Below, one piece after another: positions 9,723 to 19,192 of a stretch of DNA of 64,000 nt. The stretch is from positions 3,552,001 to 3,616,000 of the forward strand of contig OZ241867.1 of NCBI GenBank assembly GCA_965203175.1, written 5' to 3'. Both the position numbers and the translations under genes were made by a program. The notes under the pieces are model-generated. The model was given only the letters and a program-made list of their open reading frames with translations. It was not told the DNA's origin and did not search any database. Numbering within the stretch: the stretch's first letter is position 1; every line of letters starts with the position of its first letter. This stretch comes from Candidatus Latescibacterota bacterium (GTDB lineage: Bacteria > Latescibacterota > UBA2968 > UBA8231).

Positions 9723-10328
9723 ATGAATGGAAGGCAGCTTAACAACCGATGGAAAGTTGGTGTAAAACATTCTCTTTATAGAGAGTCGGGAGACTGGTAT
9801 CATCAGTTAAAGAGGTTTCCTGGGGCTTTTTTTGATAAGAATGGTTATGTCATATTCAATACAGAGGAAGAGTATAGAAGTTGCCCATATCTACAGATTA
9901 AGCGGGATGTTCATGTGCCTAGTGGCATCTCAGATATGCCCAACTATGTGAGAGTTATAATAAATGGGGAAGAAGTGCTCCCTACACAATCGACCAATGT
10001 CGGCGAAAAAGAAACATATTACGAAGGCAAACTCAAAGAAGTAATTCTTACCAAATACGAGAGGGATCCGAAAGCAAGAGCTAAATGCTTGGAAACGTAT
10101 GGTACGAACTGCACTGTTTGCATGATGAATTTCAAGGATAAATATGGAGAAATTGCCCAAGATATTATTCACGTTCATCACTTAACACCTTTAGCCGTAC
10201 AGAACCAAGAACATATTATCGATCCTATAAAGGATTTACGCCCTGTTTGTCCTAATTGCCATTCTGTAATACATAAAAGGAATCCACCTTTTTCTATTCA
10301 GGAAGTTAGAGCTAAGCTACTCAACTAG
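9723..10328 (+). CDS. HNH endonuclease (McrA-like) cassette gene
   Basis: EG...YERDPKARAKC, CTVC, IHVHHL, DLRPVCPNCH; AT-rich. Confidence 0.9.
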   Translation: MNGRQLNNRWKVGVKHSLYRESGDWYHQLKRFPGAFFDKNGYVIFNTEEEYRSCPYLQIKRDVHVPSGISDMPNYVRVIINGEEVLPTQSTNVGEKETYYEGKLKEVILTKYERDPKARAKCLETYGTNCTVCMMNFKDKYGEIAQDIIHVHHLTPLAVQNQEHIIDPIKDLRPVCPNCHSVIHKRNPPFSIQEVRAKLLN

Positions 10329-10345
10329 TAATGAATATCCACTAC

Positions 10346-10438
10346 CAATAACATATCCATTCACGCTGCGCACCATTCGGCGCTTGGGAGTATACCCATC
10401 CCGCATACGTGGGGCCGTGAATTGTGAGGACGTTAAGT
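10346..10438 (+). other. attC site
   Basis: CAATAAC ... ATTCACG/CGTGAAT inner arms ... GTTAAGT. Confidence 0.8.
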
Positions 10439-10461
10439 GAAAAACCAAAAGGAGAGAAGCA

Positions 10462-10828
10462 TTGCAGCGGCGTAGACGACAAACCCACTCGACGGAAATC
10501 AAGGGTCAGCGGTACATCTGGTACACGGATCGGCTATGGAAGCTAGCTCAAGAAACTACCCGAATTTGAAGTCGAGGTGGAGAGTTTTCAGGAACTAGAC
10601 CAAGACTGCTGGTTTGGCACGGGTCGTACGCCGACCATCCGAGAGGTGGCCGCTCACTGCAAACGAATCAACGAGGCCAACACCGACTTTCCCGTTGTTA
10701 TAAACGAGAACGGCCGTCTGATGGACGGCGGTCACCGTCTGGCTCGAGCCTTGCTTGAAGGGACTGCAACGATCAAGGCTGTCCAATTTGCACAGATGCC
10801 TGAGCCAGACGCCATCGAAGATATTTGA
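10462..10828 (+). pseudogene. Frameshifted ParB/Srx-like nuclease-domain cassette gene
   Basis: SD AAGGAG + TTG; YIWYTDRLWKLAQE then a +1 shift to LPEFEVEVESF...LMDGGHRLARA. Confidence 0.7.
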
Positions 10829-10845
10829 TAGTGACCATCGCTTAA

Positions 10846-12038
10846 GCGTAGTATCAACTAATTATTGTGAGAATTTGTCATCTACTGTTGTGAGAATCGG
10901 GGATGTATGCAATCCGAATGTGTCGATTCTTTCGTCGGTTCCGTCCTCGCAGATGGGCACTAATGCGGTGCTGTGTGGTCTTGGCATCCGCATCGTCGCT
11001 GTTGTCCAGCATCATCTGCTGGATATCGCTGAAGAGGGTTTCGACCGGATTATCATCCGGACTGCCTTTGGGTAAGCTGATCCAATGCAACTTCAACGTG
11101 CGCATGACTCGACGCGTCTCTTTCGATTTGCGCGGATGCGCTGGATCTTGATCCAAGATGATCCACACTGGTATGTCCGGATACCACGGCCGAATCCGCC
11201 GCATAAAACGGCCCACATAGGAGGAATCTTTGCCCTCATAAAAGGCCCAATGGACGCGACCACTCCCTACCTCATACAGCAAAAACAAATAGAATCGGCC
11301 GCGCGTCTTTTGCCGACGCTCCAGCACCAAGCGTTGCGCCGAGGTATAGCGTCGTCCCCCATACGCTTTGACGACCACCGGCTTGACATCGAAAAAGACC
11401 AAGACGCCCTCGTCGGGCACATGCCGCCAGCGCCAACGAATGCGGGCGAGAATGGCTGGACGCTGGGGATCGCTACTGATTAGCTTACGCTGGACATGCC
11501 GTAAACGGAACCCCCTTTTTTCAAAATGCGTCGAATATATTCACAACTTATTTTGGAGACTATGTGTTGCCGAATCAGATACGTGCGCAGCTTGGAAAGC
11601 GACCAACGTCCATAGGGCAAGCCTACCTCACAGGGAGGCTGCTCGGCCAGGCGACAGATGGCGGCCTTTTGCTCGGTGGTCAGACGAACAGGCCGACCGC
11701 GTTGGGTGGACTGCTCTATACTAGCCAGCCCCCGCTGATTAAAGGCATGCAAATCGGCGTAGATCGTATTGGGGTGGACTTCCAAGGTCTGGGCAATCTC
11801 CGTAGCGTTCATACCTTCGTTATACAGCAAAATAGCCTGTGCGCGACGCTGTTGAGCGGTTTCCAGTGGCTCCTCCACCCAGAGCAGAAGGCGTCCAATT
11901 TCAGCCGCGCAGGGTTTGCGTAATTTCAAAGGACGAGCCATAGTTGACCTCCGATTCTAAAAGAGGAGAGGAAAGGATGCCAATCTATTTTAACATATTT
12001 AGTTGACAAATTCTTACCTCATTTTGTTGATACTACGC
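10846..12038 (-). mobile_element. IS630 family insertion sequence
   Basis: Imperfect terminal IRs GCGTAGTATCAAC..AGAATTTGTCA; TTAA (central TA) on both sides at 10842-10845 and 12039-12042. Confidence 0.9.
10878..11941 (-). CDS. IS630 transposase split into HTH ORF (11480-11941) and DDE ORF (10878-~11520), probably joined by ribosomal frameshift
   Basis: HTH/GRP motifs, FFD, ILDQ, NPVE; slippery A6G5 at 11511-11521 on the minus strand. Confidence 0.85.
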
Positions 12039-12123
12039 TTAACAGCGGGTTAATGCTGCGTAGCCTTCGCCGCTTGGCCCTAATAGGCAACTTCGGAATT
12101 CATCAATCCGCACAACTTTATAG
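12037..12123 (+). other. attC site with IS630 at its R'' box and mutated R' box
   Basis: GCTTAAC-AGCGGGTTAATG ... CATCAATCCGC-ACAAC-TTTATAG (GTT changed to TTT). Confidence 0.7.
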
Positions 12124-12181
12124 GCCCTGACCACCGCTTTCTGCGCTCTGTTTCGATCTTCGTATGGTATTTTCCCTATGC

Positions 12182-12209
12182 TTGACAAGTGTACCATAAT
12201 TGGTACATT
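12182..12209 (+). promoter_or_regulatory. Sigma70 promoter with overlapping palindromic operator of the TA cassette
   Basis: TTGACA-N16-TACATT; perfect inverted repeat TGTACCA-TAAT-TGGTACA at 12190-12207. Confidence 0.8.
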
Positions 12210-12214
12210 GGAGG

Positions 12215-12568
12215 ATGATGAACAGAGACAAGCCGCTGCCAGTTCGCTTCTTCCGTACGACGACAGGGCGTGAGCCGGTGAGAGCATGGCTGCGCAGCCT
12301 GGATCGAGAGGCGAAGAGGATCATTGGTGCGGACATCAAGACCGTTCAGTTTGGGTGGCCCCTTGGAATGCCGCTGGTACGCAAGCTTGAGAGCGATCTT
12401 TGGGAGGTCCGTAGCACCCTGCCCAATTCGATAGCCCGAGTAGTCTTTACGGTCTACGAAGGGACGATCCTCCTGCTGCACGGTTTCATCAAGAAAAGTG
12501 AGAAGATCCTCGCCAACGATCTCACTTTGGCACGATCCAGATTAGCGATGCTCCGGGAGGCACGATGA
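12215..12568 (+). CDS. Type II TA toxin, RelE/ParE (Gp49-like) family
   Basis: GREPVRAWL, GWPLGMPLVRKL..LWEVR, LLHGFIKK. Confidence 0.9.
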   Translation: MMNRDKPLPVRFFRTTTGREPVRAWLRSLDREAKRIIGADIKTVQFGWPLGMPLVRKLESDLWEVRSTLPNSIARVVFTVYEGTILLLHGFIKKSEKILANDLTLARSRLAMLREAR

Positions 12569-12843
12569 AAAGACATGTCGGCAGCAGTTTTGATGAATTC
12601 CTCGCAGAAGAGGGCCTGCTCAGTGAAGCAGAGGCAACGGCCGTCAAACGCGTTATTGCCTATCAGTTGAGTCAGTTCATGGAGGAAAACAAGCTGTCCA
12701 AATCGGCGATGGCCAAGCGCATGCAAACTAGTCGGTCGGCGCTGGATCGTCTGCTTGACGCGTCCAATCCGTCCGTAACGCTACAGACCATGGATCGCGC
12801 AGCGCGGGCTCTGGGCAAAAAGCTCCGCATCGAGCTGATCTGA
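12565..12843 (+). CDS. XRE-family HTH antitoxin
   Basis: HVGSSFDEFLAEEG, MQTSRSALDRLLD; 4-bp overlap with toxin. Confidence 0.9.
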   Translation: MKRHVGSSFDEFLAEEGLLSEAEATAVKRVIAYQLSQFMEENKLSKSAMAKRMQTSRSALDRLLDASNPSVTLQTMDRAARALGKKLRIELI

Positions 12844-12889
12844 TTTCGCCTAAGGATTCGTCTTGTAGGCTATCGAATTTTTTCACGGC

Positions 12890-12983
12890 ATATAACACAT
12901 CGGTGTTGTGCTTTGTCGCCTTTCAGGCACCTTGGCCTCCGGCAACCCGCTTCGCAGGTTCGTAGGTGCCGAGAACGTTAAAT
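12890..12983 (+). other. attC site
   Basis: CATATAAC-ACA-TCGG ... CCGA-GAAC-GTTAAATG imperfect palindrome downstream of the antitoxin. Confidence 0.8.
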
Positions 12984-13012
12984 GAAATAGCATAGAACGA
13001 GTCCGAATATTT

Positions 13013-13507
13013 ATGGAACGCATCAATTTCGAACGAGTAGTTCCAACCGACCTGAACCGATTTCGTCCACTCGTTGAAGCGTACTGGCTGGAGATCATGC
13101 CACATGCAGATACGGTATGTACATCTGATGGTCGGGATTCGTATTTCGCAGAGCGATTTCCTCTTTCCAACACGGAACCAAGGGTATTTTGGGGGCTAAG
13201 CGGAGGATCCCCGGTGGGATTTATTTCATTCGCCATCTCTGGCACTAGCGCAAAGATAAACGACTTCTACGTCGTTCCTTCCAAGCGCAGGAGGGGCATT
13301 GGGACGTTCTTGGTAAAATCAGCCATAGAAATTACCGATGGCATGGGAGTTGACCGGATCGATTTAAATGTCCGGCGGGACAATCCAGCAGCTTTGAAAT
13401 TCTGGGAAGCACAAGGATTTATGATTGGGCACTACGAACTGATTCAATACCGAGATCCGGAAAAGCGAGTTGGATTTCGAGGAGCTCTTTCCTCTGATTT
13501 CGTGTAG
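13013..13507 (+). CDS. GNAT family N-acetyltransferase, copy 2
   Basis: About 8 substitutions relative to copy 1 by manual comparison. Confidence 0.9.
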   Translation: MERINFERVVPTDLNRFRPLVEAYWLEIMPHADTVCTSDGRDSYFAERFPLSNTEPRVFWGLSGGSPVGFISFAISGTSAKINDFYVVPSKRRRGIGTFLVKSAIEITDGMGVDRIDLNVRRDNPAALKFWEAQGFMIGHYELIQYRDPEKRVGFRGALSSDFV

Positions 13508-13551
13508 CTGTGACGTTTTTTTCACTGTAAAGCGTGGCGTCTCGCCGCTCT

Positions 13552-13824
13552 TTAGATCGTCGTCGCCAAGAACCCCCCGTCAACGCGGATGTCCGTGCCG
13601 GTGACGAAGCCGCTGGCCGCGTCCGATGCGAGAAACACCGCCGCGCCGACTAACTCCTCGGGGCGGCCAAAGCGGTCCATGGGGGTGTGGGAGAGGATTT
13701 GTTGGCCGCGTTCGGTTGGGGTGCCGTCGTCTTCAAAGAGCAAGCGGCGGTTTTGCTCGGCGGGGAAAAAGCCCGGGGTGATGGAGTTGACCCGCACGCC
13801 TTTGTCGGCCCACTCCCGTGCGAA
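13552..13824 (-). pseudogene. 3' fragment of SDR oxidoreductase, copy 2
   Basis: AREWADKGVRVNSITPGFF...DGGFLATTI; no Rossmann or YxxxK part. Confidence 0.9.
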
Positions 13825-13896
13825 GACCGGAGGGCTTTGTCCGCTCAGCCGCTTGTTGCGATTGCGACTATGAGCCAAGAGAAAGTACCTTCGTTT

Positions 13897-13955
13897 CGCA
13901 TAAATAGCATCTAGCGACTTGTACCCGAACTAATTGTTCAGGTACAAGCTTAAGC
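13897..13955 (+). other. attI-like site, copy 2
   Basis: CGCATAAATAGCATCTAGCGA, hairpin CTTGTACCCGAAC-TAATT-GTTCAGGTACAAG, then TTAAGC (TTRRRY, the G missing). Confidence 0.55.
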
Positions 13956-14022
13956 GTAAGTGGGCCGACAGAGAGACAACGGGTCACACACTTCTGACAA
14001 TGGAGGGGCGCTGGAGGAATTC

Positions 14023-14376
14023 ATGTCGCGCTGTGGATTGTGTCTACAGGATCGTGTCCTGAGGAAAAGCCATTTGATGCCTAAGTCCCTGTACAAGGTA
14101 CTTAGGAACGCATTTCCAGAGTCTGGAAAGGACCTTGTGTTCTCCTCCATGGAAGAGAGAAGCAGTGTCTATACTGATAACCAAGTCGTGACACCCTTCT
14201 TGTGTGACGCTTGTGAAGGAATTTTGAGTAGGAAGGGTGAACAGACCGTGTGTAGAGAGTGCCATCGCGGCCATGGCAAGTTCATACTGCGAGATGAAGT
14301 CAAGAAGGCCTCGGCCATACTCACCGAGGGTGGTGAGAGGTGGATCAACCCGATCAAGGAAACTACAGATCTGAAC
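14023..14376 (+). pseudogene. HNH-like Zn-binding protein truncated by IS5
   Basis: CGLC...SHLMPKSLY...FLCDACE; SD GGAGG; frame runs into the IS end. Confidence 0.65.
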
Positions 14377-15536
14377 GGCGTTGTTGCATGAATCATATCT
14401 GGGGCATCATTGTCGAATGTTGTTTTTTGTTCAGTTGATTTTTTCTACTCGATACGACTGGGGTTTGCCCACATGGATCATTCGATTGAGGAGGGCACAG
14501 CCGAGGCGACTTTCGACCTGTTGGTTGATCCAGCTACGCGCCTTCAGCTTGTCGCCGATGAGGTGCTTATAGCGATAGATTTGCGTTTCGGCCAACGAGC
14601 GTCGATGATAGCCACTGGCCTGTTTCCACTCCTTGCGTCCCTTTCGTCGTATGGCCCGCAGGATTTCATCGCGCGCCAACGGGGGGACCTTACAATTACC
14701 ATGCTGATGGATTGTAGCGTCTTTGCGCAGTGCGATGATCGGCCGAATCGAGGGATCACTCCGCGTGGCCAAGGCGTCGAACACCTTCTGTTTGTCATAG
14801 GCCCCATCGCCGCCTACCGCCTCCACCGCCTCGTCGACTTGGGTCAACAGAGGGGCCACCTGCGAGGCATCATCGATCCGATGGGACGTCAACGTCTGCG
14901 CGACCACCTCGCCGGTGGCCTCGTTGACCCCCACATGCAGTTTGCGCCACGTGCGCCGTTTGGTCCAGCCGTGTTGACGGACTTTCCTCTCGCCCTCGCC
15001 ATAGACTTTCAAACCCGTCGAATCCACTACCAAGTGCATCGGGCTAGCCGGGCTATCGGGCTGCTTTTTCGGCAACTCCACCGCCAAGGCCCCTTGGCGA
15101 CGCGACAAGGTCGAGTAGTCCGGCACGGCCAAGGCCAACCCCATCAAGTCCAACAGCGATTGGATAAACCCCTGCGTCTGGCGCAACGGCAACCCAAGCA
15201 ACACCCGCATCGTCAACATCCATTCAATCGCTGGATCCGAATAGACAAACTGAGCACCCCGTTGCGATGGCCCCTGAGCATACCATTGCTTCCACAGACC
15301 ATCGTCCAGCCACACCGTCAGGCTACCACGAGCCACCAACGCCCGATTATACGACGACCAATTCTTAACCCGATACACCGGTTGCGACTTGACCGAGGGC
15401 GAACTGCCAGATACTTTGCTCATCACAGGCTCTTTGGGAAGAAAGGAACGTGTTTCTTGCTGGAAACCACGAACCAATCTAACCGAAGAGCCTGACTCAT
15501 TTCAAGACCCGAACACAGCTTTCATGCAACAACGCC
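14377..15536 (-). mobile_element. IS5 family element, copy 2 (transposase 14431-15423)
   Basis: Apparently identical to copy 1 at an offset of exactly 10600; flanks GATCTGAAC / TTTAATAGG do not match, so there is no target duplication. Confidence 0.95.
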
Positions 15537-15537
15537 T

Positions 15538-18408
15538 TTAATAGGTGAAAGTAAAAATGACACAGACCGCTGGCGCTTACTTGGGATCGAACCAATTAGC
15601 TATCCGCAATCAAGCGAGGACGATCATAACATACTCTACGTGGGCGTCCGTGGTTTAGCCGACCTTGTCCAGCGCAGTGTCCTCGACTGGCAAGGCAAAA
15701 TTACTGAGATCGCGCAAAAACCACCTCCCCTTGAGGAGGAAATAGCCGACCTCATTGAGGATGCGCTTGAGGACGCCACGAGAACCCGGTTCTTCACCGA
15801 AGCGGCTTCAGATCCCAAATGGATTGATTGGCTCGACAGACGCGGACATCTAAATGCACTATTCGGCGACGAGACGCTCAGCAAGCGGGATAAAATCTTC
15901 TCTAAGTGGTTAGCCCAACAATTTGCATACAACCATGCTGATGCGCTGCTCCTGCTGATTGGCAAGCACAATATGCGCCTGCCTCCGCAACTCTGGTTCG
16001 ATTTGGGGAGAAAAATCTGGGAGGATGAAGATTTTTCGCTGGCTAGAGACGCTTTGTCTCGTTGGATTTCGCTCTTGCTTACTACCATTCCGGTGAATAG
16101 AAGTTCATATGCGTTTCTATTGAAAATAGGCGAGCATTGTATTAAGCGAGGCATGTTGGACAGTCTCTCGCAGATATTCAATGCAATGGCGGGAAGCCGC
16201 TTGCTTCTCAAGAAGGGTTTCGTTTGGCCCGATGCGAATGCGGGCGATGTGAACGCACCGGTTGATGTAGAATTGCCGCTGCTCGGCAATCACCACGCAC
16301 TAAATGAACTGTGGGAGAAAGGTCTGAAACCAAATTTATCTCAAATAGCCGAACCTGTATTTGAGCGGGTTATAAGACATATAGAAGAACAGTACCTCAC
16401 ACAAAATGCTTGGCAGAAGGCGAGTCGTGAGTGGGAAAGAGTAAGCTATAGGCGCTCTGCTATTGAGCCTCACGAGTTGGATAGTCACTCTCAAGCGGTT
16501 GACGTGTTGATCGATGCAGCACGAGACTGTCTTGAATGGTTGATCCTGAATCAAGCAGGTGCAGCGGCGCAGTGGTGTATCCGTCTTGCAAACTCGGATG
16601 CGCCACTGCTACGCCGCCTAGCGGTGCATGGGATATCCGAACGAAAAGACCTGACAGCAGATGATAAAACCGATTGGCTGCTAAAACATATAAATATACA
16701 CGAATTGCCTGTTCACCACGAAGTATTTCGGGCAGTACGGCTAGCTTACCCCAAGGCTAGCCCGGAACTCCGAGAGAACCTCATTGAAACCGTGTGGACC
16801 TATCGTTGGCCGAACGAGGAAGACCCCGACAGGGAAAGTCATACCGCATATCAGTATTTCAACTGGTTTTATTGGCTCCATAAATCAGATCTCAATTGTA
16901 CCATAGCTAAGCAAGCCTTGGATGAGATACAGGAGGAGTACCCAGACTTCAAACCAAGAGAGCATCCAGACCTGACTCATTGGAGTGGTCCAGTCCAGGA
17001 TGTCGTTATGCAAGGCCCTTGGACTGTTGAAGAGCTACTGGCAAAATCGGCTGCGGATTGGCTTGGCGACTTGTTGTCTTTCCAAAGCACTGAATTAAAT
17101 GGGCGCGATTTTTTGGGACTCAGGCGTGATGTCGCAGAAGCTGCAAGACAAAATTTTGATTGGGGTCTTGAGTTGGCCGACGCATTGGCTAAGGATGGAG
17201 AGTGGGACGTTCACTTCTGGGCCGACTTGATACACGCTTGGTCAGAGATGGAGTTGGATGAAGACGAGTATCGTAAAGTGCTTCACTGGCTAGGCAAGGC
17301 CGAGTTGTATCCAAAACACAATCGTGAGATCGCCAGTATGCTTCATGCGCTGGTGAAGGATGGAGGTACTTCCTATGCCTTGAATATACTTTCGCAGGCT
17401 AACAAGACCGCTGTGGCTTTGTGGCATCACTTTGATCGGACTGAGCAGATCGAGAGAACGGACAACTGGCTAGACATAGCCATTAACCATCCTACGGGAA
17501 TCCTTACCGAATTCTGGCTGAAGGGGCTCTCCCTATGGCGAAAGCAACAAGACCCTGAACTCATGAGTATCAGTGACGAGTACCGCATGGCACTATCAAA
17601 CATAGTGCAGGACCAGGAGCTACAGGGCAAACTGGGGCGGACTATTCTCGCGAGTCAATTTGGATTTCTCTTGGCCGTTGATGAGGCATGGACTCGGGAG
17701 AACCTGCTGCCGCTTTTTGATCCTGATAGCGATGACTTCCAAGCTGCTTGGAACGGCTTTCTGATTTGGGGAACCCTCAATCTTGCCGTGGCCGACGCTA
17801 TGGCCTACCTATTCCTCAAGGCTGTTGAGAGGATCGATGACAACCTCTCTAGTAAGCGCGACCGATTTATCAAATATTATATCTCTATGCTTGCGTACTT
17901 CGCTGAAGATCCTATTGGGCAATGGATTCCCGCGTTTTTCCAATGTCGTGGTCAAGAGGCTAAGAACCATTTTGCAGAAGAAGTGGGATATTGTCTGGGG
18001 GATCTAGATGAAGCAGAGCAACGAGAATGGTGGCGGCGTTGGCTTAAGCAATATTGGGAGCATCGCTTACAAGGTGTGCCGGCTGGTACCGTCCTTGAGG
18101 CTGGTGAGATCAAATACATGCTTGGCTGGTTGCCACGCTTGACCTCAGTATTTCCCGAGGCCGTTGATTTAGCAGTTCAGATGCCACCAACCCCATTGCA
18201 GGACTACTGGGTGATACATAAACTAGAAGAAGGCGATCTATGGCGGAGTCATCCCGAAGAGGTAGCGAAATTGTTGGTTCATTGGGGGAAGTGTGATTTA
18301 CAGGAAGAAGCATGGTTTTCAGGGGTGAAACTAATCAATAAGCTCCTTCAGTTGGACATTTCATCGGAACTCAAACAGCAACTGAAGGAACTGAAAGTTC
18401 AACTGTAG
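15538..18408 (+). pseudogene. 5'-truncated SIR2-associated DUF4020-type large helical protein (putative defence sirtuin)
   Basis: Frame open right up to the IS end (LIGESKNDTDRWRLLGIEPISYP...DH); Trp-rich ~950 aa body with RSAIEPH and AINHPTG motifs recalled from SIR2-DUF4020 proteins. Confidence 0.65.
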
Positions 18409-18577
18409 CTATGTGCAGATTGCTGAATCTCCACCGGCCCTAAACTCCTCACATAGATAAAGAAATCCGGTACTATAGCTTACAGGGCCCAAAACTCGGG
18501 TGCCCGCCGGCGTTTCTGCAAGAATAAGGGGAGTAATTGATACGAGACGATTCGTAGATAACCCCAGGAGAAGCGAC

Positions 18578-18838
18578 ATGAGCCGAGTAGATTTTCAGTT
18601 GCCCGATACAGTCTTTGAACGGCTACAAAAACTGGCTGCCCGCACGGGACGCAGCGAAACCGAATATATGATTGAGGCTATCCGAGAGTATCTGGATGAC
18701 CTCGAAGATTTGCATCTTGCCGAACAACGACTGAAAGACATTCACGAGGGGAAATCTCAGACCGTGCCTCTTGAGAAGGTCATGAAAGAGCATAGGCTTG
18801 GCAGATTGAGCTTGCCAAGGACGCCGAGCGCGAATTGA
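18578..18838 (+). CDS. Ribbon-helix-helix (CopG/RelB-like) antitoxin with altered C-terminus
   Basis: RLQKLAARTGRS...EAIREYLDDLEDLHLAEQRL; SD AGGAG. Confidence 0.8.
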   Translation: MSRVDFQLPDTVFERLQKLAARTGRSETEYMIEAIREYLDDLEDLHLAEQRLKDIHEGKSQTVPLEKVMKEHRLGRLSLPRTPSAN

Positions 18839-18866
18839 GAAGAATAGATCGACAAGCGGCAATGAA
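18796..18866 (+). pseudogene. N-terminal remnant of RelE-type toxin
   Basis: Overlapping frame reads AWQIELAKDAERELRRIDRQAA with no start codon and no continuation. Confidence 0.55.
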
Positions 18867-18880
18867 AAGGAGATGGACTC

Positions 18881-19123
18881 GTGATCAAGTCAACTCTAAC
18901 CGATAAATGGCAAACCACCATCCCGGTCGAAGTCCGCAAGGCGCTCCACCTCAAGCCTCGGCAGCAGCTCATCTACGAGTTGACTGACGGTGCCGTTTTG
19001 GTGAAGCCCCAGCCCGAAACGCTCAAGGATCTATATGGCTGTCTTGTAGATGGCAAACCCTCTGCTTCCAAATCCGAGGAACGAGAGACAGCACGCAAAG
19101 CAAGAGCGGTCAGATACGAATGA
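18881..19123 (+). CDS. AbrB/MazE/SpoVT family DNA-binding antitoxin (orphan)
   Basis: STLTDKWQTTIPVEVRKALHLKP. Confidence 0.8.
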   Translation: MIKSTLTDKWQTTIPVEVRKALHLKPRQQLIYELTDGAVLVKPQPETLKDLYGCLVDGKPSASKSEERETARKARAVRYE

Positions 19124-19192
19124 TCAAGTATCTCAAACGGCGCTCGCCATGAACGCTCATCAAGGTACTCGCCGCCATTTGCCCGCCTCAAA

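Larger units (their letters stand above)
12951..13949 (+). repeat. ~1 kb direct repeat copy 2
   Basis: Aligns with 8674-9670. Confidence 0.95.

Noticed and set aside
13948-13958. GCTTAAGCGTA identical to the IS630 left junction (possible excision footprint)
   Set aside because: Only 11 bp, with no further IR match; better explained as a TTRRRY cassette start or chance.
3777-15536. Composite transposon inserted as one unit
   Set aside because: The outer flanks do not match and copy 1 has its own target duplication, so the copies inserted independently.
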